A DNA stretch of 64,000 bases, taken from Pelagomonas calceolata (lineage: Eukaryota). The position numbers and the translations under genes were made by a program. This document shows positions 43,099-55,244 of the stretch, one piece after another. The notes under the pieces are model-generated. The model had not been told where the DNA came from and did not search any database. It worked only from the letters and a program-made list of their open reading frames with translations. Within the stretch, counting starts at the first letter, position 1. Every line of letters begins with the position of its first letter. The DNA lies in contig CAKKNE010000001.1 in NCBI GenBank assembly GCA_918797485.1, positions 3,782,001 to 3,846,000 on the forward strand. The letters are read 5' to 3'.

Positions 43099-44049
43099 AT
43101 GCTGCGCCGCCTCGCTCTCTTCGTCGTCGTGACGGTAGACGCGGTGCTCGAGCGCCCTCCGCGCCGCCTTGTGAAACCAGCGGCCGCCGACCGCGAGGCC
43201 GCGCTCCTCGCCGCGGGCCGCGGCGCGTGCCCGGTGCTCTGCGTCGACGCGCTGCTGCCCTACCAGCGCCTGCCGCTCGCTTTTGATGATGCAACTCTCA
43301 CAGAATTGCTGGAAGATATTGGAGAGGGCGGCCTCGTCGTGGCGACGTCGTGGGACGCGCGGCGGCGGCGCGTGAGACGAAGGGGCACGCTCGCGCGCGT
43401 CGAGGGCGGCGCGCTGCGCGGCCTTGTGAGATGCGCGGTCGCGGGCGCCGACGCGCGCGTCGGCCGCTGGCGCCGCTACGGCGCCACGGTCGTGCCGGGC
43501 GCGGCCGGCGCGTCGCTGCGCTGGGGCCGCGAGCGCCTGGCGGACGCGGCGCGCGGCGCTGGAAGTCAACGCATCGCGCGCGGCGTCGTCGTCGACTGCG
43601 TCGCCGTTGACGCCGCGGCCGCGCCGCCGGAGCCTGATCAGATCTCGCCGCTCGAGTGGTCCTCTTCCAGGATCGACGTCGTGGAACCGGACGGCGACGC
43701 GGCCGCCTGTGTTGAGAGAGCCGAAGACCTGGCGGCGACCTTCGACGCGTACACGGCCGCGGAGACTCCGTGGCGGCTCGCGGCGGCGCTCGACACGGCC
43801 GGGCCGCGGCCGGCGGACCCCGTTGAGTTCGCGATCTGGTGCGCCGCTGTGGCGCGGCCGCCGCCGCCGCTCGGCAGCGGCTTCGACGTGCGGCCGTCTT
43901 TACTGGAAGCGCTCGACGGCGTCTCGCGGCTCGTGATCGCGGAGCACGGCCTGCGAAGAGCGCTGGCGGAGCGCCAGGGCGACGACGTCACGGCTTTTGG
44001 GGAGCCGCCGCGCCTGCCGGAGTACGTCCGCGCGGACCTCTCCTCGTAA
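43099..44049 (+). CDS. Hypothetical protein, possibly Lon N-terminal-domain-like, with signal peptide
   Basis: PVLCVDALLPYQRLPL resembles the start of the Lon substrate-binding domain; hydrophobic leader. Confidence 0.5.
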   Translation: MLRRLALFVVVTVDAVLERPPRRLVKPAAADREAALLAAGRGACPVLCVDALLPYQRLPLAFDDATLTELLEDIGEGGLVVATSWDARRRRVRRRGTLARVEGGALRGLVRCAVAGADARVGRWRRYGATVVPGAAGASLRWGRERLADAARGAGSQRIARGVVVDCVAVDAAAAPPEPDQISPLEWSSSRIDVVEPDGDAAACVERAEDLAATFDAYTAAETPWRLAAALDTAGPRPADPVEFAIWCAAVARPPPPLGSGFDVRPSLLEALDGVSRLVIAEHGLRRALAERQGDDVTAFGEPPRLPEYVRADLSS

Positions 44050-44128
44050 TTGTTTGTTTGACTATATGCGTTGCTCGGTACTTACTAAACGTGGGGGCGG
44101 GGGCACAGGGGGGCGGGCGAGAGGCAGC

Positions 44129-45376
44129 TCAGCCGCCGGCGGGCCGCGGCGACGCGGGCAGCATGGGGAAGAACTTGCGCTGCGGGACCGTAGGCGTCGT
44201 GAGCGCGAGCGTCGGCGACGCCGACGGCGTGACGACGTGTTGCTTCTGGGCCTTGCGCAGGGGCTTCTCCGGCGTCGATGGGGGCGCCTGGATGGGCGGC
44301 GGTCGTTTATGTAATGATGTCGAGAACCAGCCGTGCGTCGATATGGCGGAGGCGTCCGGCCTCGTTTCCGCGTCCGGATTCAAACAAGACAATAGGAAGG
44401 CGACGCCCTCGTCCGAAACACCTCGCTCGGCCAACAATCGAGCAGCAGCGGCAGTAGCTGGCCCGAGCTTCCTTCTCAGTCGATCGACCTTCCCGTCCGA
44501 GTTGTGGTAGTGCTGCAGCCAAAATTCTTCAAACCAGTCCCGCCCCGTAAGTAATTCCAAAGCCACACAACCCAAGGCCCACACGTCCACCTTCCACGGA
44601 TCATAATCGCCCGTCGCGACCTCCGGCGCGTAGAACCCGGGCGAGCCGCAAAACGCTCGTCCTCGTTGGTCGCTTTCATACCTCTCCGACAGCCCAAAGT
44701 CCGTCAATCTTACAACATTATGGGCATCGATCAAGACGTTCTCGCCCTTCAGGTCGTGGTGCACGATATGTTGTGACTGGAGGATACATAAAGCTCGCGT
44801 TATAGGTTCGAGTAAGTTCCTAGCTTGGAGTTCATCTATATCACATCGGTCCGCGTGCCTATATAAGTCGACGCCGCCGTGCTCCAGCACCAAATACAAC
44901 CGATCCGGCGCGTGGATCACATCTAGCAACGACGCGACATGTGATGAGTGGCACATGCGTGTGTGGTCGATCTCGTTCCTCAACCGTTCTAAACCCCTAA
45001 AACGTGTAACGCCGGCCTTCTCCACGACTTTGATAGCCACATTGACACCACTCTCCGTATGCGTACCCGAGCGAACCGTGGCCGACGCTCCTCTCCCACA
45101 AGGCGCGCCCAGCGCATAAACACCAACCCGTTCGCACGTTTCCTCCAGATTCGAATTGACCGGAGGCAGGTCCGTGATGACACTTGACGAGAGCTTGTTC
45201 CAGACCAGGTTCCGGTTCTCTGCCTTGCACGCGTGGTACTTCCGCCGCAGGACGCGGACGGACTCGATGAGCTCGCCCTCCCGGTCTTGTAACGTGCGGA
45301 CGTAGGCCAGGAGCTCTTGGAGGTCCCGGTCGTCCCGCACCTGGAAGGATGAATGCGAGCGGCGGCCGGCGGTCAT
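44129..45376 (-). CDS. Ser/Thr protein kinase with N-terminal coiled coil
   Basis: GRGASATV, VAIK, HHDLKGEN, DFG, CGSPGFYAPE, DVWALG. Confidence 0.9.
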   Translation of the reverse strand: MTAGRRSHSSFQVRDDRDLQELLAYVRTLQDREGELIESVRVLRRKYHACKAENRNLVWNKLSSSVITDLPPVNSNLEETCERVGVYALGAPCGRGASATVRSGTHTESGVNVAIKVVEKAGVTRFRGLERLRNEIDHTRMCHSSHVASLLDVIHAPDRLYLVLEHGGVDLYRHADRCDIDELQARNLLEPITRALCILQSQHIVHHDLKGENVLIDAHNVVRLTDFGLSERYESDQRGRAFCGSPGFYAPEVATGDYDPWKVDVWALGCVALELLTGRDWFEEFWLQHYHNSDGKVDRLRRKLGPATAAAARLLAERGVSDEGVAFLLSCLNPDAETRPDASAISTHGWFSTSLHKRPPPIQAPPSTPEKPLRKAQKQHVVTPSASPTLALTTPTVPQRKFFPMLPASPRPAGG

Positions 45377-45785
45377 CTTTGTGATGGTGGGGCAGCCCTT
45401 GTGTCTGGTTGCGGGCGCGCGCGCGGGCGGCGCGTGGCGCGTCGTCTTAGACGACGCGCGGGGCGCTGCGGGCTCGCTGCGGGCGGCGCTGGGCTCTGGC
45501 GCGTCTCGGGAGAGCGCGGATGTTGTGTGCTGTGCCTTCTCGTTTGCGAAGGCTGCGTGGCGAAAAAAGATCAAGGACGCCGGCCGCGAGGCGTCATGCT
45601 TGTCTCATACGTCTCCGCGACGCGCCGGGGACCGGTCGGCGGTCTGTTTTGGTTTTGTGGTGCACGCCTGCGTTTGGGTCGCGCCGGCCTGAGAGTTTGC
45701 GCCGGTACACTGTCACATTGATCTCTTTCGACCATTAGCGAACCGAACGATACTCAAACAATTGCATGCGCGCGAGAGCTTGCTT

Positions 45786-45809
45786 GCTAGTGTCTTACAT
45801 GCCGCTAGC
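45786..45809. promoter_or_regulatory. Representative copy of the recurrent intergenic motif GCTAGTGTCTTAC-N3-5-CGCTAGC
   Basis: GCTAGTGTCTTACATGCCGCTAGC between divergent kinase and APC5; related copies at 11184, 12302, 18672, 20706, 21982, 26167, 31867, 41839, 52401, 56528, 58238 and ~63974. Confidence 0.7.
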
Positions 45810-45988
45810 TGTGCGGCGCCGCGGCGCGCGGCTAAAAAAGCCCATCTGCACGCTGGTGTTGCGTGCAACGCACTTATTTTGACTTAGCCGTGCCGTGCCA
45901 AACCAGTCGCTGATAAATAGCCGCTCCCGTTGCACAGAAACAAGCCTCCCACCCCAGCCTCTCCGAGACAGCCTCGCGAGCAGCCGCG

Positions 45989-48917
45989 ATGGCCTCGCCC
46001 CAGCATTTAGGAGTAGCCTTGGCGCTGGGCCTGCTCTTACCAAGAGATGAGGACGACATGGACGACGACGACGACCGCGCGCCGCGCCCGCGCGTCGAAG
46101 ACACCGAAGACGACAGCTCAAAACATCAATTGGCGTGCTGGGTGCTCCGCGAGACGCGCTTCGTTGGGAGTGTCGACGAGGCGTCCAAACGCTTACCGTG
46201 GGCGGCAACAAGACAACGCCTCGCATCAAGTTTCGTCGATCCGGCGCTAGGCGAGGAAGTCGCCGTTTACTGCACGCAGCAATTAGTAGCACTAGCGGAG
46301 GCGCCGGATGGTGTCGTCGATCTGTTGGACGACATGCGCTCCTGGCTGCGGCCGGAGAAGAATGAGGACGACGAGGAACCTATGGAGAGGGAGCATTTTC
46401 TCGCGCCCGACTCGCTGTTCGGCGTCTTCGTGCGACGGTCACTCCTGGACGCGACGGAGACGCACTTTGATGGCGTGGCGCGGACCTACGATAGAGTGTG
46501 TGAGTACGTGCGAAGATACCAAGAGAACGATGACTCCGGTGCGTTCTACGCGTCTTTGTTGACAAGAAGAGACTTGGATCTGTTCCTGGAGCGACGTATA
46601 CTGGCCGCAGCGTCGGTCTGTGGTTCTGTGACATTAGAGGAGACCGAACTAGAATGTTCGAAGATTGAGGCCCTGGAGCCGGATTTACCGCGGAGCAGCT
46701 ACTTACGTTTTGTGGCCTCATTATATGGGAGGGAATATTTAGGCGCCCTAGATCATCTCCATCGCTACTTCGACTATGCGGGAAGTAGGGGCGGACCGGT
46801 CTCACCGAACGACGAGAAAGGAGCGCGAGGTGTGGTCCAGTATGCCGCACTTAACTTAGCTTGTTTACATGCGCGCTTCGGGCATGCTCGGTTGGCGTCG
46901 TGCGCTTTGGATGAAGCTGTTAGGGTAGCCCAGCAGCGCCACGACCACGCGTGCGTGACGTTCGCGTTGGGGTGGCTGCGGTACGTCGACATCCGCGAGG
47001 CCGAGTACGAGGCGGAGACCTACGGACCGCCTCTGCCCGGTGAATCGACGCATACGGTGGATGCGCTATCTCTCCAGAGATGTGCGAAGCGAGCGAAGCA
47101 ATTAGGACTCAGAGAGTTAGAATCTGCTGCATTGTTGTGTTTCGCCCGCGACGCGCTCGACTATGCTCGGACGGACGAATGCTACGAGCAGGAAGTCCTG
47201 ACGCGGGCCTACACCCCGTCGAAAGCTAGTAGAGCAACTCTGGCGGCCTGGAAGCTCGCCGAAGATGCGGCCATGTTCGAGGCTCCGGGGCCGAGAGACG
47301 GTCCCGACACGTCCATGTTGATGCAAACGCCGCAACAAAGGCTAGAGAGAGAACGGAAGGAGCGGCGGGAAGGCCAGCAGGACCCGCAGGGCCTGCCGAA
47401 GGACTGTGAGATTAAGGATCGGAGCACGGTCGCGACGAACCCGACTGAAGGTAGCATCTTCCGAGCACGATGCCGGCGGTTCATGGTCCAGGCGGCGATC
47501 AACGGGCATAACCAGTTTAAAAGGGCGCAGGCGCTGGAAGGGAAGGCTTTATTACAAGCAGAAGAAAGGTACTTGCAGGGGCAGCGACGGCGGCGCGGGC
47601 TCGATGAAAATGATAGCAGTGGCGATCTGCCCGAAGATCGGGCGCCATGTGTACCTAGGGAACTAGCTTGTGTGGATATTGCGTTCGAGTGTTTATTTGG
47701 CGACTTTGACGCTGGGGATATGACTCATGAGCTTGGTGAGGGTCTCAAACCACCATCGGACGTACCTCCTTCTGAACACTTACCAGCGGACCCCGACGGG
47801 TCGCTGCGAGCAGCGTCGGAGGCCGCGACGGCGAAAGCTCTAGGGTTAGATTTGGAAGACATCGAGGTGCGGACGCGGCGTCTGGTGAAGCCCGAGAGCG
47901 CCGTCGAGCCCTCCACGCCATCGCCGCGACGTGTGTGCCACGCAGGTCCCGAAGCGCGAGGAGCACGAAAACCATATCGGTCCCCCCGGTTTGAACGTGG
48001 CCTACGACATAGCTCTTAAAAAATTAGAAGAGAACCGCTGTCCGAATAAGGGAGCGTCGAACATTGTGGAACGGGCCCAGTATCTTTTGAGGTTCGAGTG
48101 GGCCGTGCATAGACACGCCCTGAGGAGAGCGGCGGCACTCCATGAGGCACTACTAGGGGTCTCGCCGCGGCAGTCCGATTACGACGTCGAGTGTCATGTG
48201 GAAGCTTTGAGGTGCGATTTACGTCTGTCGGTCGCGCGGGACGACTATGAAAGAGCAGTGAAGGGTGCTGCCAAATTGGAGCGTATTTGTGGCAACCGAG
48301 GCTTGTGGGCGTTACAAGCGAAATTACTATGTGATAGAAGTAAGTGGCTCCTCGACGGGTGCCCGCAGGAGCCCGTTCCAGCCATGAACCCCGCTTTAAG
48401 GGCTCTGGCGTTGTGCGAGCAGTGGGCCCTGGACGCGTTACATGCGGAGGCGACTTTGCGGTTGGCTCTCGTACAACTAGGTCTGGGTAACATCCCGAAG
48501 GCGCGCGATGCGTTTCAGCAGTGCCAACTGAAAATCTTGGAACAGTCGCACGTCGACGTGCAAGGTGATTTATGGTACGCTCTCGCGCAATGCGAGCTCG
48601 AGGAGAAGGCCTATGCTCTCAGACATCGGCAGGAAGGTCGAAATGATGTTTTTGAAAATGTTGATGTGAAGGATTTTAGAAAAGTTATCTTCTTCTACAA
48701 GCGTGCTTTAGAATGTTATTCCTACGTACAACATAGAAAACGCATGCAGGACTGCCACTACTTCCTGGCGAGGACCTACCATCAACTCGAGGAAGATCCA
48801 GCCATGATGAGGTTAAGAGACCACCACGCGAAACGCGCGTTGGAGCTCCAGGCGGACATGAATAGGGCCGTGGCGGACTTCGAGGATTTGCCATGCATGT
48901 GGATAATTGATGAATAA
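45989..48917 (+). CDS. APC5: Anaphase-promoting complex subunit 5; intron 47867-47945
   Basis: DSLFGVFVRR, EYLGALDHLHRYFDY, QYAALNLACLHARFGH..ALDEAVRVAQQRHDHAC; 79-nt GT-AG intron joins the ORFs. Confidence 0.9.
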
Positions 48918-48922
48918 TACTT

Positions 48923-49783
48923 TTAGAACTTAAAGGTCGTCTCCATGCCGAAGGGGTTTTTTCGTCGCATCACGTTCTCGAGGTCGGGCCGCATGCGAAT
49001 GACGAGCTCCGAGCCGTCCTCCGCGTCTCTCGAGACACAGGCCCGGCAGGTCAGGCGCCAGTAGGGCTCCTTCTTGATCATCTGCGCTTCCTGCGTCGAC
49101 GGCGGCTCGAGGACCGCGGCGCCCTTGCGCACCTGCACGGCGCAGTTGCACAAGCAGTTCATGTCCTCGCAGCACGTCGGCATCTCCACCCTATTCCGTA
49201 ATAATTCAGCGCGCAGCGACGCACCGCGTCTCATTTTAAAAGTGACGTCTTTGCGGTTTTCCTCGCGCGGGAACATGACTCTCATATTCACGAAGGGCAC
49301 CTTCACGAGCCGCTTCACCATCAAACCAGCAGGGGCCGGCGCCGGCGGCAGCGCCATCAGCGCGTCCACCGTCGCGTCGTAGTCGAGGCATTCTACTCGC
49401 GTAGTTCCGGCCTTCACAATAGAGTCACCAGGCAATAAATCGACGCCCGCGTTCGCAGCGTTGCCGCCCTCGACGAGGCCTGCGACTAGCGTCAGGCCGC
49501 CGTTCGCGGCATCCAAAGTTCCGAACTGCTCCAGGAGCACGCCTAAGCCCGGCGACTCGGCCGTCCGCGGGATCTCGACGAAGATCTCCTGGTACTGGTA
49601 CTCGTACGACGCGGGGATCAGCTCGTAGGCGCCCGTCTCGTCCGTCGTCGCCTTCCAGCCGGGCGCCATGCCCTCGGCCGTGCGCGCGTGCAGGCGCGTC
49701 TGTCGTCTCAGCGCTCGCTGCGGCGGCGTGAGCGCGGTGGCGGCTAGCGCGAAAGCTGCGAGGACTGTGGCAGCGCTTTGCAT
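48923..49783 (-). CDS. Plastid-targeted PDZ plus 2Fe-2S ferredoxin-like protein
   Basis: Bipartite leader; GLGVLLE..GGNAA..PGDSI (PDZ); TCCEDMNCLCNCAVQV..RLTC. Confidence 0.75.
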   Translation of the reverse strand: MQSAATVLAAFALAATALTPPQRALRRQTRLHARTAEGMAPGWKATTDETGAYELIPASYEYQYQEIFVEIPRTAESPGLGVLLEQFGTLDAANGGLTLVAGLVEGGNAANAGVDLLPGDSIVKAGTTRVECLDYDATVDALMALPPAPAPAGLMVKRLVKVPFVNMRVMFPREENRKDVTFKMRRGASLRAELLRNRVEMPTCCEDMNCLCNCAVQVRKGAAVLEPPSTQEAQMIKKEPYWRLTCRACVSRDAEDGSELVIRMRPDLENVMRRKNPFGMETTFKF

Positions 49784-50088
49784 CGTGCTACAGTGTGTGC
49801 AGCCTATTGATTGGATAAGTGCACTTCTTCGCTAGGAGGTGGATGGCAGCGATGAAGCGCGCTTGCGGTTGCTTGCGTTTGCAACGATGCGCTGTGTGCG
49901 CTGCGGAAAACGCAGGTGAGGTGGCCGCGAGCTTTTTTGGCTAATTGGTAAAATTTCAAAACGGGTTTTCTCTGCCGCCCCCACACAGAGCCTACCCCCT
50001 AAGGCAAGCGCTACAAGACGCATGATTCTCACGGAGATTGTCTTTAATCCGGAGTAGTACGGTAGCTCGGCAGGCACTGTAGCAGATC

Positions 50089-51010
50089 TCAGTCGCGGCC
50101 GCCCTCGCCGCAGCACGTCGGCCCCTTCGCTTCCGCGCAGTCGCAGTTGTCGCTCTCCTCGCAGTCGACCTGACAATCGCCTGCGCCGCGGAAAACGAGG
50201 GAGAGTCAGATCGCGACGTCGACGGGTCAGTTCAGGACGCCGAGTCGCACAGTAGTCGCCCGGAGCTTGTCCGTCACACTGGACGCAGCGCTCACCTTCT
50301 CCATCATGATCACCAGAAATCACCTCGATAATGCCATCGACGCAAACATCGCCGTACGAGAAGCTGTACGCCGATCCGTCGCAGCACTCCGGGGCCTGGG
50401 CCTCTTCGCATGCGCAGAAAGAAGGATTCGCCTCACAGTCGCCAAGAGGGCCGGACCCGCAATCACAGTAGTTATCTGGCGTCTGTCCATCGCAAACGAT
50501 GTTGGCGTAGAGGTCGTCGTCGAAGAAGTCGTCGTCACCGTACGAGTAGCTTTCAAACTCGTACGAGTACGAGTAACTCCAGTAAAAGTAGCTCCCTCCC
50601 CCGCCCCATGGGAACGAGTTCGTGCCGTCCGTCGGGAGAACCTTGATAGCCTTGCGGTCGTCGCCCCCGTAGCAGTCGAGGTAGGCCGTGCACGCCGACG
50701 TCGACAGATCGGCAAAGCCCATCTCCATGAATGTTCGCACGGACTGGCCCGTTTTGATGCAGAGCCCCGTACAATCTGGGAACATGGGTATAATTTCGAA
50801 GCCCTCTTCGCACGTCAGGCAGTCGTCGATGTAGTGGACCTCGTCCGGGTTATCTTTGAGGCCGCAGGACGTGCACGCGCCGATGAGGAGCCCTTTCTTT
50901 GTGCCGAACATGTCGGGGAAGCAGCAGCCCATGCAGTCGAAGGCCGATTCGAAGTCGGCCGCGATGTTGAAGCAGATCCGGGGGTCGTCGCCCCATGCGG
51001 TTTCAGACGG
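50089..51010 (-). CDS. Cys-rich repeat protein, 5' end not located; intron 50181-50250
   Basis: Two CDGQ.P..YCDC..DCE..C.C.EA..P.CC modules and YSYSY tracts; 70-nt GT-AG intron restores the second module; no clear start. Confidence 0.55.
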
Positions 51011-51500
51011 TGAGGCGAATCTCGCGTTTTGGCGTGTGTGGGGGCGGTTCACAGGCCGGGCGCGCGAGGGGCCTCTGGCGCGTGGTCAGTGATGGCCGCG
51101 TCGGCTCCCCGCGCGGCTTGCGTCCCCCCGCCGCGCGCGCAAAGCCAGCTTTTTCATGTGAAGTAGGTCTTTTCTCATCGCGACACGCCGCGAGGGCGGG
51201 ATTAGAACCAGCGGGGCAAGGGCGAGGCGTCAGCGCGGGGGGGGGCGAATTGAAGTGTGACGCCGCGCCGCGCGGACGCTCTTTGTTTTGCTGATAAGCG
51301 ATTGGTGGCTGGCACGCCCTTCTGAAGTACATCGGACTTCTCAGAACCTCCTACCGTCCTTACCAGCCGCTCCCACCTGTCCGGGCATTACGAAAATCGT
51401 AGTTCCGCCGGGATGTTAAAATTGATTAAAAAGTGCGGGTTTTATTCTCGTAGACATATATGCATATGTTGTAAGTAAAACAAACAAACAACATCCAACA

Positions 51501-51857
51501 CTACCAGATATCCCCCACCCGGAACCCCTCGGGAAACGGGTCGGTCGGGTCGACGACGACCTCGGCGTAGCGCGTGATCCAGGCGCTCCCCGTGATCGCG
51601 GGCACGACGCCCTCGGCCGTCACCCCAACGAGCTCCCCGGTAAAAACCGAACCCACGACGGACTCGTGGACGAAGCGCTCGCCTAGATCGAGCTCGCCGC
51701 GCGCGTGGAGGAGCGCCATGATCGCACACGTCCCGCTCCCGCACGGGCTCCTATCCAGCATGCCCGAGTAGCCGTTGGACATCACAACGGCGTTGCGCGC
51801 GTCCGCGTCTCGGGAGAGTGGCGGCCCGCGAAAAGCCAAGATGTCTGGCCCGGGCTC
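51501..51857 (-). pseudogene. Proline racemase family, C-terminal fragment only
   Basis: DRSPCGSGT, FVHESVVGSVF, PAITGSAWIT, DPTDPFPEGF; N-terminal two-thirds absent with no room before TIM13. Confidence 0.75.
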
Positions 51858-52035
51858 TAGGAAAACTTGTTTTGATCGCGATGCGCGATTCAGCACCAGC
51901 ACAATCTCTAACACATCATGAACTTATCCCTACTTCGCCGCGTCGGGCGGCGGCACCCGGTCCGAAAACCGGTCGGCCGCCGGGCCGTCATCGAGCGGCG
52001 ACTCACGAGCCGCAGTCTCCGCCGGAGCCCGGCGC

Positions 52036-52284
52036 TCACGACCGGTCGCGCTGCCGGGCCACGAGCGCTTCGTTCACGGCGTTCATCACGTCGACGTACC
52101 GGTCGACGCACATGCCGACGCACATCTGCTCCGAGCGCTCGAGGCGGCTCCCGCCCTTGGAGTTCGCGGCGCACTTTGCAAAGCATTTCTCCGTCATTTT
52201 CGTCATGAGGTCGCGCTGCGCCTGCGCCTGCACTTCACTGCGTAGCTGCTGCAGCGCTGCTGCTTGCTGCTCGGCGGCGGACAT
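52036..52284 (-). CDS. TIM13: Mitochondrial small TIM chaperone, Tim13-like
   Basis: Twin CX3C: KMTEKCFAKC..SEQMCVGMCVDRY. Confidence 0.85.
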   Translation of the reverse strand: MSAAEQQAAALQQLRSEVQAQAQRDLMTKMTEKCFAKCAANSKGGSRLERSEQMCVGMCVDRYVDVMNAVNEALVARQRDRS

Positions 52285-52614
52285 GTGACAGCGGTTACTG
52301 GCGGTTCGCAGGAGTGAATTCGCTGCTCGCGATTGCTCGGGACGACCACGTCGTGCTTTCGCTCCAGCGAGTGCTTGTGCTCGACAACCTCGACTGCAAA
52401 GCTAGTGTGTCTCAAACGCTAGCAGCGCATTTTTGGCTGCGGGTTTGGGTAAGCAGCGGGAGGGAGGGCTGTGATCTCGTATGCTGTTACGAGGCCGTAG
52501 TCCTTCGTCGAGCACGCATTCGTCGGGCAGGAGTCGCCACCGTCCACCCCTCCATCGCTGCGGGGCCACCGCGCCATCAAGCAATGCATGCCAGGTATAG
52601 CTAGCCTGTAGAGC

Positions 52615-53984
52615 ATGCGGCTGGGGCCGACGCTGCTCGCGCTGCTCCTCGGAGCAGCCTGGAGCAGACCCTGGCAGCTCGCCCACTGCCGCGGCCCGAA
52701 GCAGGCCAAGTACAGCGCCGCCTGGCTCGCCGCGAGCGACCTGCTCCGAGCATTACCAGAAAGCTACCTGAACACGTCGCGCCTCTTTAAGCGGGGGACC
52801 ATGATGGAGGCCGCGTCGTTTCTATTACTAGAGAAGACGGCTACGTATAAAACGCGGGACTTCCTGGACTTCTACGTCGAGCACCTGTCGTGGTATGAGC
52901 GGCGGCTGATAGTGGCCACGAACCCGCTCGCCGATGGAGCGAAGGTCCTCGGGGACGCGAGGAGAGCGCTCGCGACGAAGCTGAAAGCCATGTCATTTCG
53001 GCAGAAGCAGCGCCCCCTGGACGCCGTCGCCGTGATGCCGTTCTACGGCCAGGGCCAGGGACAGGGCCCGTCGGACGTCGGGCTGCGCGGTATTTACTTA
53101 AATGCGACGCTCGATTCCGTGCGGGCCGCGCTGACGCGAACCGTTGTCGTTGCTGTCCATAACGAACGCGACTTGGAGTTTGTCGAACATTGCTGCGGCC
53201 CGCTGGCCGACGTCCTGTACTGTGCATAAATCAAAATTTCACGGCGCGTTCGTCCTGCTCGATGGCGTGGCGATGCCGGTTCTCTTTTCCTCGACGGAGC
53301 CAGAGCGGCCGCGTCGTCGCCGAGCGCCCGACACACTGGTTGATTTCTACACAGGTCCTGTATTTGCCGAACATCAGACCAGAAAAACTCGGTGCCGCTT
53401 CATTAATTGCGGTGCACCGCCTCGTGGCGGGCCTGCCGCTGCACGACGCTCGGCTCTACTCGCGCGACGAGACGAAGGCGAAGCGCTGGGACCATAAAGC
53501 CGCTTTCGTCGGGTCGCGGCGTCGCCATCAAAACGGCGCGCCGCCGGCCTTCTGGCGCGCGTCAAAATATGTGTACTACACCGAGAGCGACCAGATTCTC
53601 AGAATACGAAGCAGTAAAGCGCTCGCGGCGATGGCGCTGGGCGCGGACCCTACAAATTCCATCCTCGTGCCGCACCGCGGCGTGCCGCTGCCGATGCCCG
53701 AGGACTTCAACGGAGGAGCAATCCTGGCGACGGAGGAGCTGCGCTTCAACGGCGGCTGGAGCTCAACGCCGCTCGACGCCGCGCGGGACGCGTGCTGCTT
53801 CCCGAGCGACTCGCACGCGTGCCTGCACACGCACGTGCAGTCCCGCGAGGCCCTGCGCGCATCCACGAAGCTCCTCCGCGCGGCCGGCGCGCTTTCCTTA
53901 ATCCCGGGCGAAGGGAACTTTCTGCGGATGGAGTACCGGGCCTGCGCCCACGCGCCGGACGGGGGCGGGCGGGCGTGCGCGTGA
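52615..53984 (+). CDS. Secreted hypothetical (glycosyltransferase-like) protein; intron 53212-53354
   Basis: Signal peptide; VMPFYG, YVYYTESDQIL, VPHR; two ORFs join in frame when the introner is removed. Confidence 0.7.
53212..53354 (+). mobile_element. Introner-type TIR element forming a 143-nt phase-0 GT-AG intron
   Basis: Perfect 8-bp TSD GTCCTGTA (53212-53219, 53355-53362); TIR CTGTGCATAAATC...GATTTCTACACAG. Confidence 0.92.
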
Positions 53985-54015
53985 CGTGTAATGTTGTGTT
54001 TACTCTAGTCGTACA

Positions 54016-54348
54016 TTAGGCACCCCCGGCCGATGACTGCGTTTCGCGGGCGCGGAGCGCGGCTCGCGTGTCTCGCAAATCATCCTCAATCGTCCAGGTG
54101 AGCGGGTGCGCGCCGCCGAACACTCGCCGAGCGATCCGTTCTGTTTCCTCGAGCGTCGTCACAGCCTCGCGGAGATCGTCGATCGTGGCGTCGTCGTCTT
54201 TGTAGAGCGCCTGTCCGTAATTCATCCTCATCCTAAGCGTGGTTATATCATCCTCGCCAAGAGCGCGCCGCGCCACGGTTATCATTTTGCGCAACATTGA
54301 CCTGGCTTCTTTGAAGCGCTCTAGAGTCACAAGTGACGCCGAGTAAGG
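54016..54348 (-). pseudogene. C-terminal fragment of a TPR/kinesin-light-chain-like repeat protein
   Basis: ARRALGEDDITTLRMRMNYGQALY, ARRVFGGAHPLT; starts mid-repeat. Confidence 0.65.
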
Positions 54349-54812
54349 TGCCTCCACGGCTATGGCGGCCGCACCAGTGGAATCCTGTCAATCCCTGCCG
54401 GGGAGGTGTCCCTGGGGTCGCTTAGGGTCGGTACTATACACGTGCAATCGCCTACGCCGCAAGCGCGGGCGCTTCGATCGGTGGATGCATATCAGTACAG
54501 GTCCCCAGCCAGCTGTCGGGCTTGAGCACAAGTCCGACAACTTCTCGATCCAGAGCTCTCTAGGGAGCTCCAAGCGCCGGCGCATGCGGCCTAGGCGACT
54601 ACCCGACCTTAGACCTATCCCGGAGAGCGTCCGGGAGCCGATCTACATCCGAAAAAAGTAAATAATTTGGACCCGATGGCGCCCCGTTCCCGACAAAAAC
54701 GTCAATTCCCGAGGCCCCCCAGGAATCATAATAGCGGTCTCGTCGGACCCCATACTACCCCACCGATAGTCAACTACAAGTATATGACATCTACACCACG
54801 AGAAGGGTACTT

Positions 54813-55244
54813 TTGGCTGCCCACGCTCGGGACGTGAACATCTTTATCTGGACCTCGCGTAAGTCCGTCGATCATGGAACAAATGATCGCGTTATAGTCC
54901 ATGGTGATGGTACACGCGCTGATGGTCGCAGGTCCGGGTTTAAAGCCCATCTAATCGAGATCGTGGGGTCGCGAGACCGACGACCCGCACCGAGCATCTT
55001 TGGGTCTTGGAGCAATGTAGTACAGAACCAGGCCGATTATCTGGCCCGTCCCACTACTAAAGCGCCTGAAACGCAATTTTATTTTATAAACCACCGGTCT
55101 GGGGCCAATTCAGTGCCCCGCGTACGCACCGTCGTCGGCAGAGAACGGGCAAGTCGGTCGATTGTGAATAGAACAACGGTGTTATGGTCCATCTGGATGA
55201 TATCGTCGCTGATACTCGCAGGTCTTACTTATTTACCCGTTTAA
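54813..55244 (+). mobile_element. Degenerate reverse-transcriptase relic (possibly DIRS/LTR-type)
   Basis: Collinear RT-like motifs in shifted frames: DGRRSGFKAHLI (~54921), WGQFSAPRT (~55100), VMVHLDDIV (~55181); lower-GC non-genic block 54360-55800. Confidence 0.4.
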
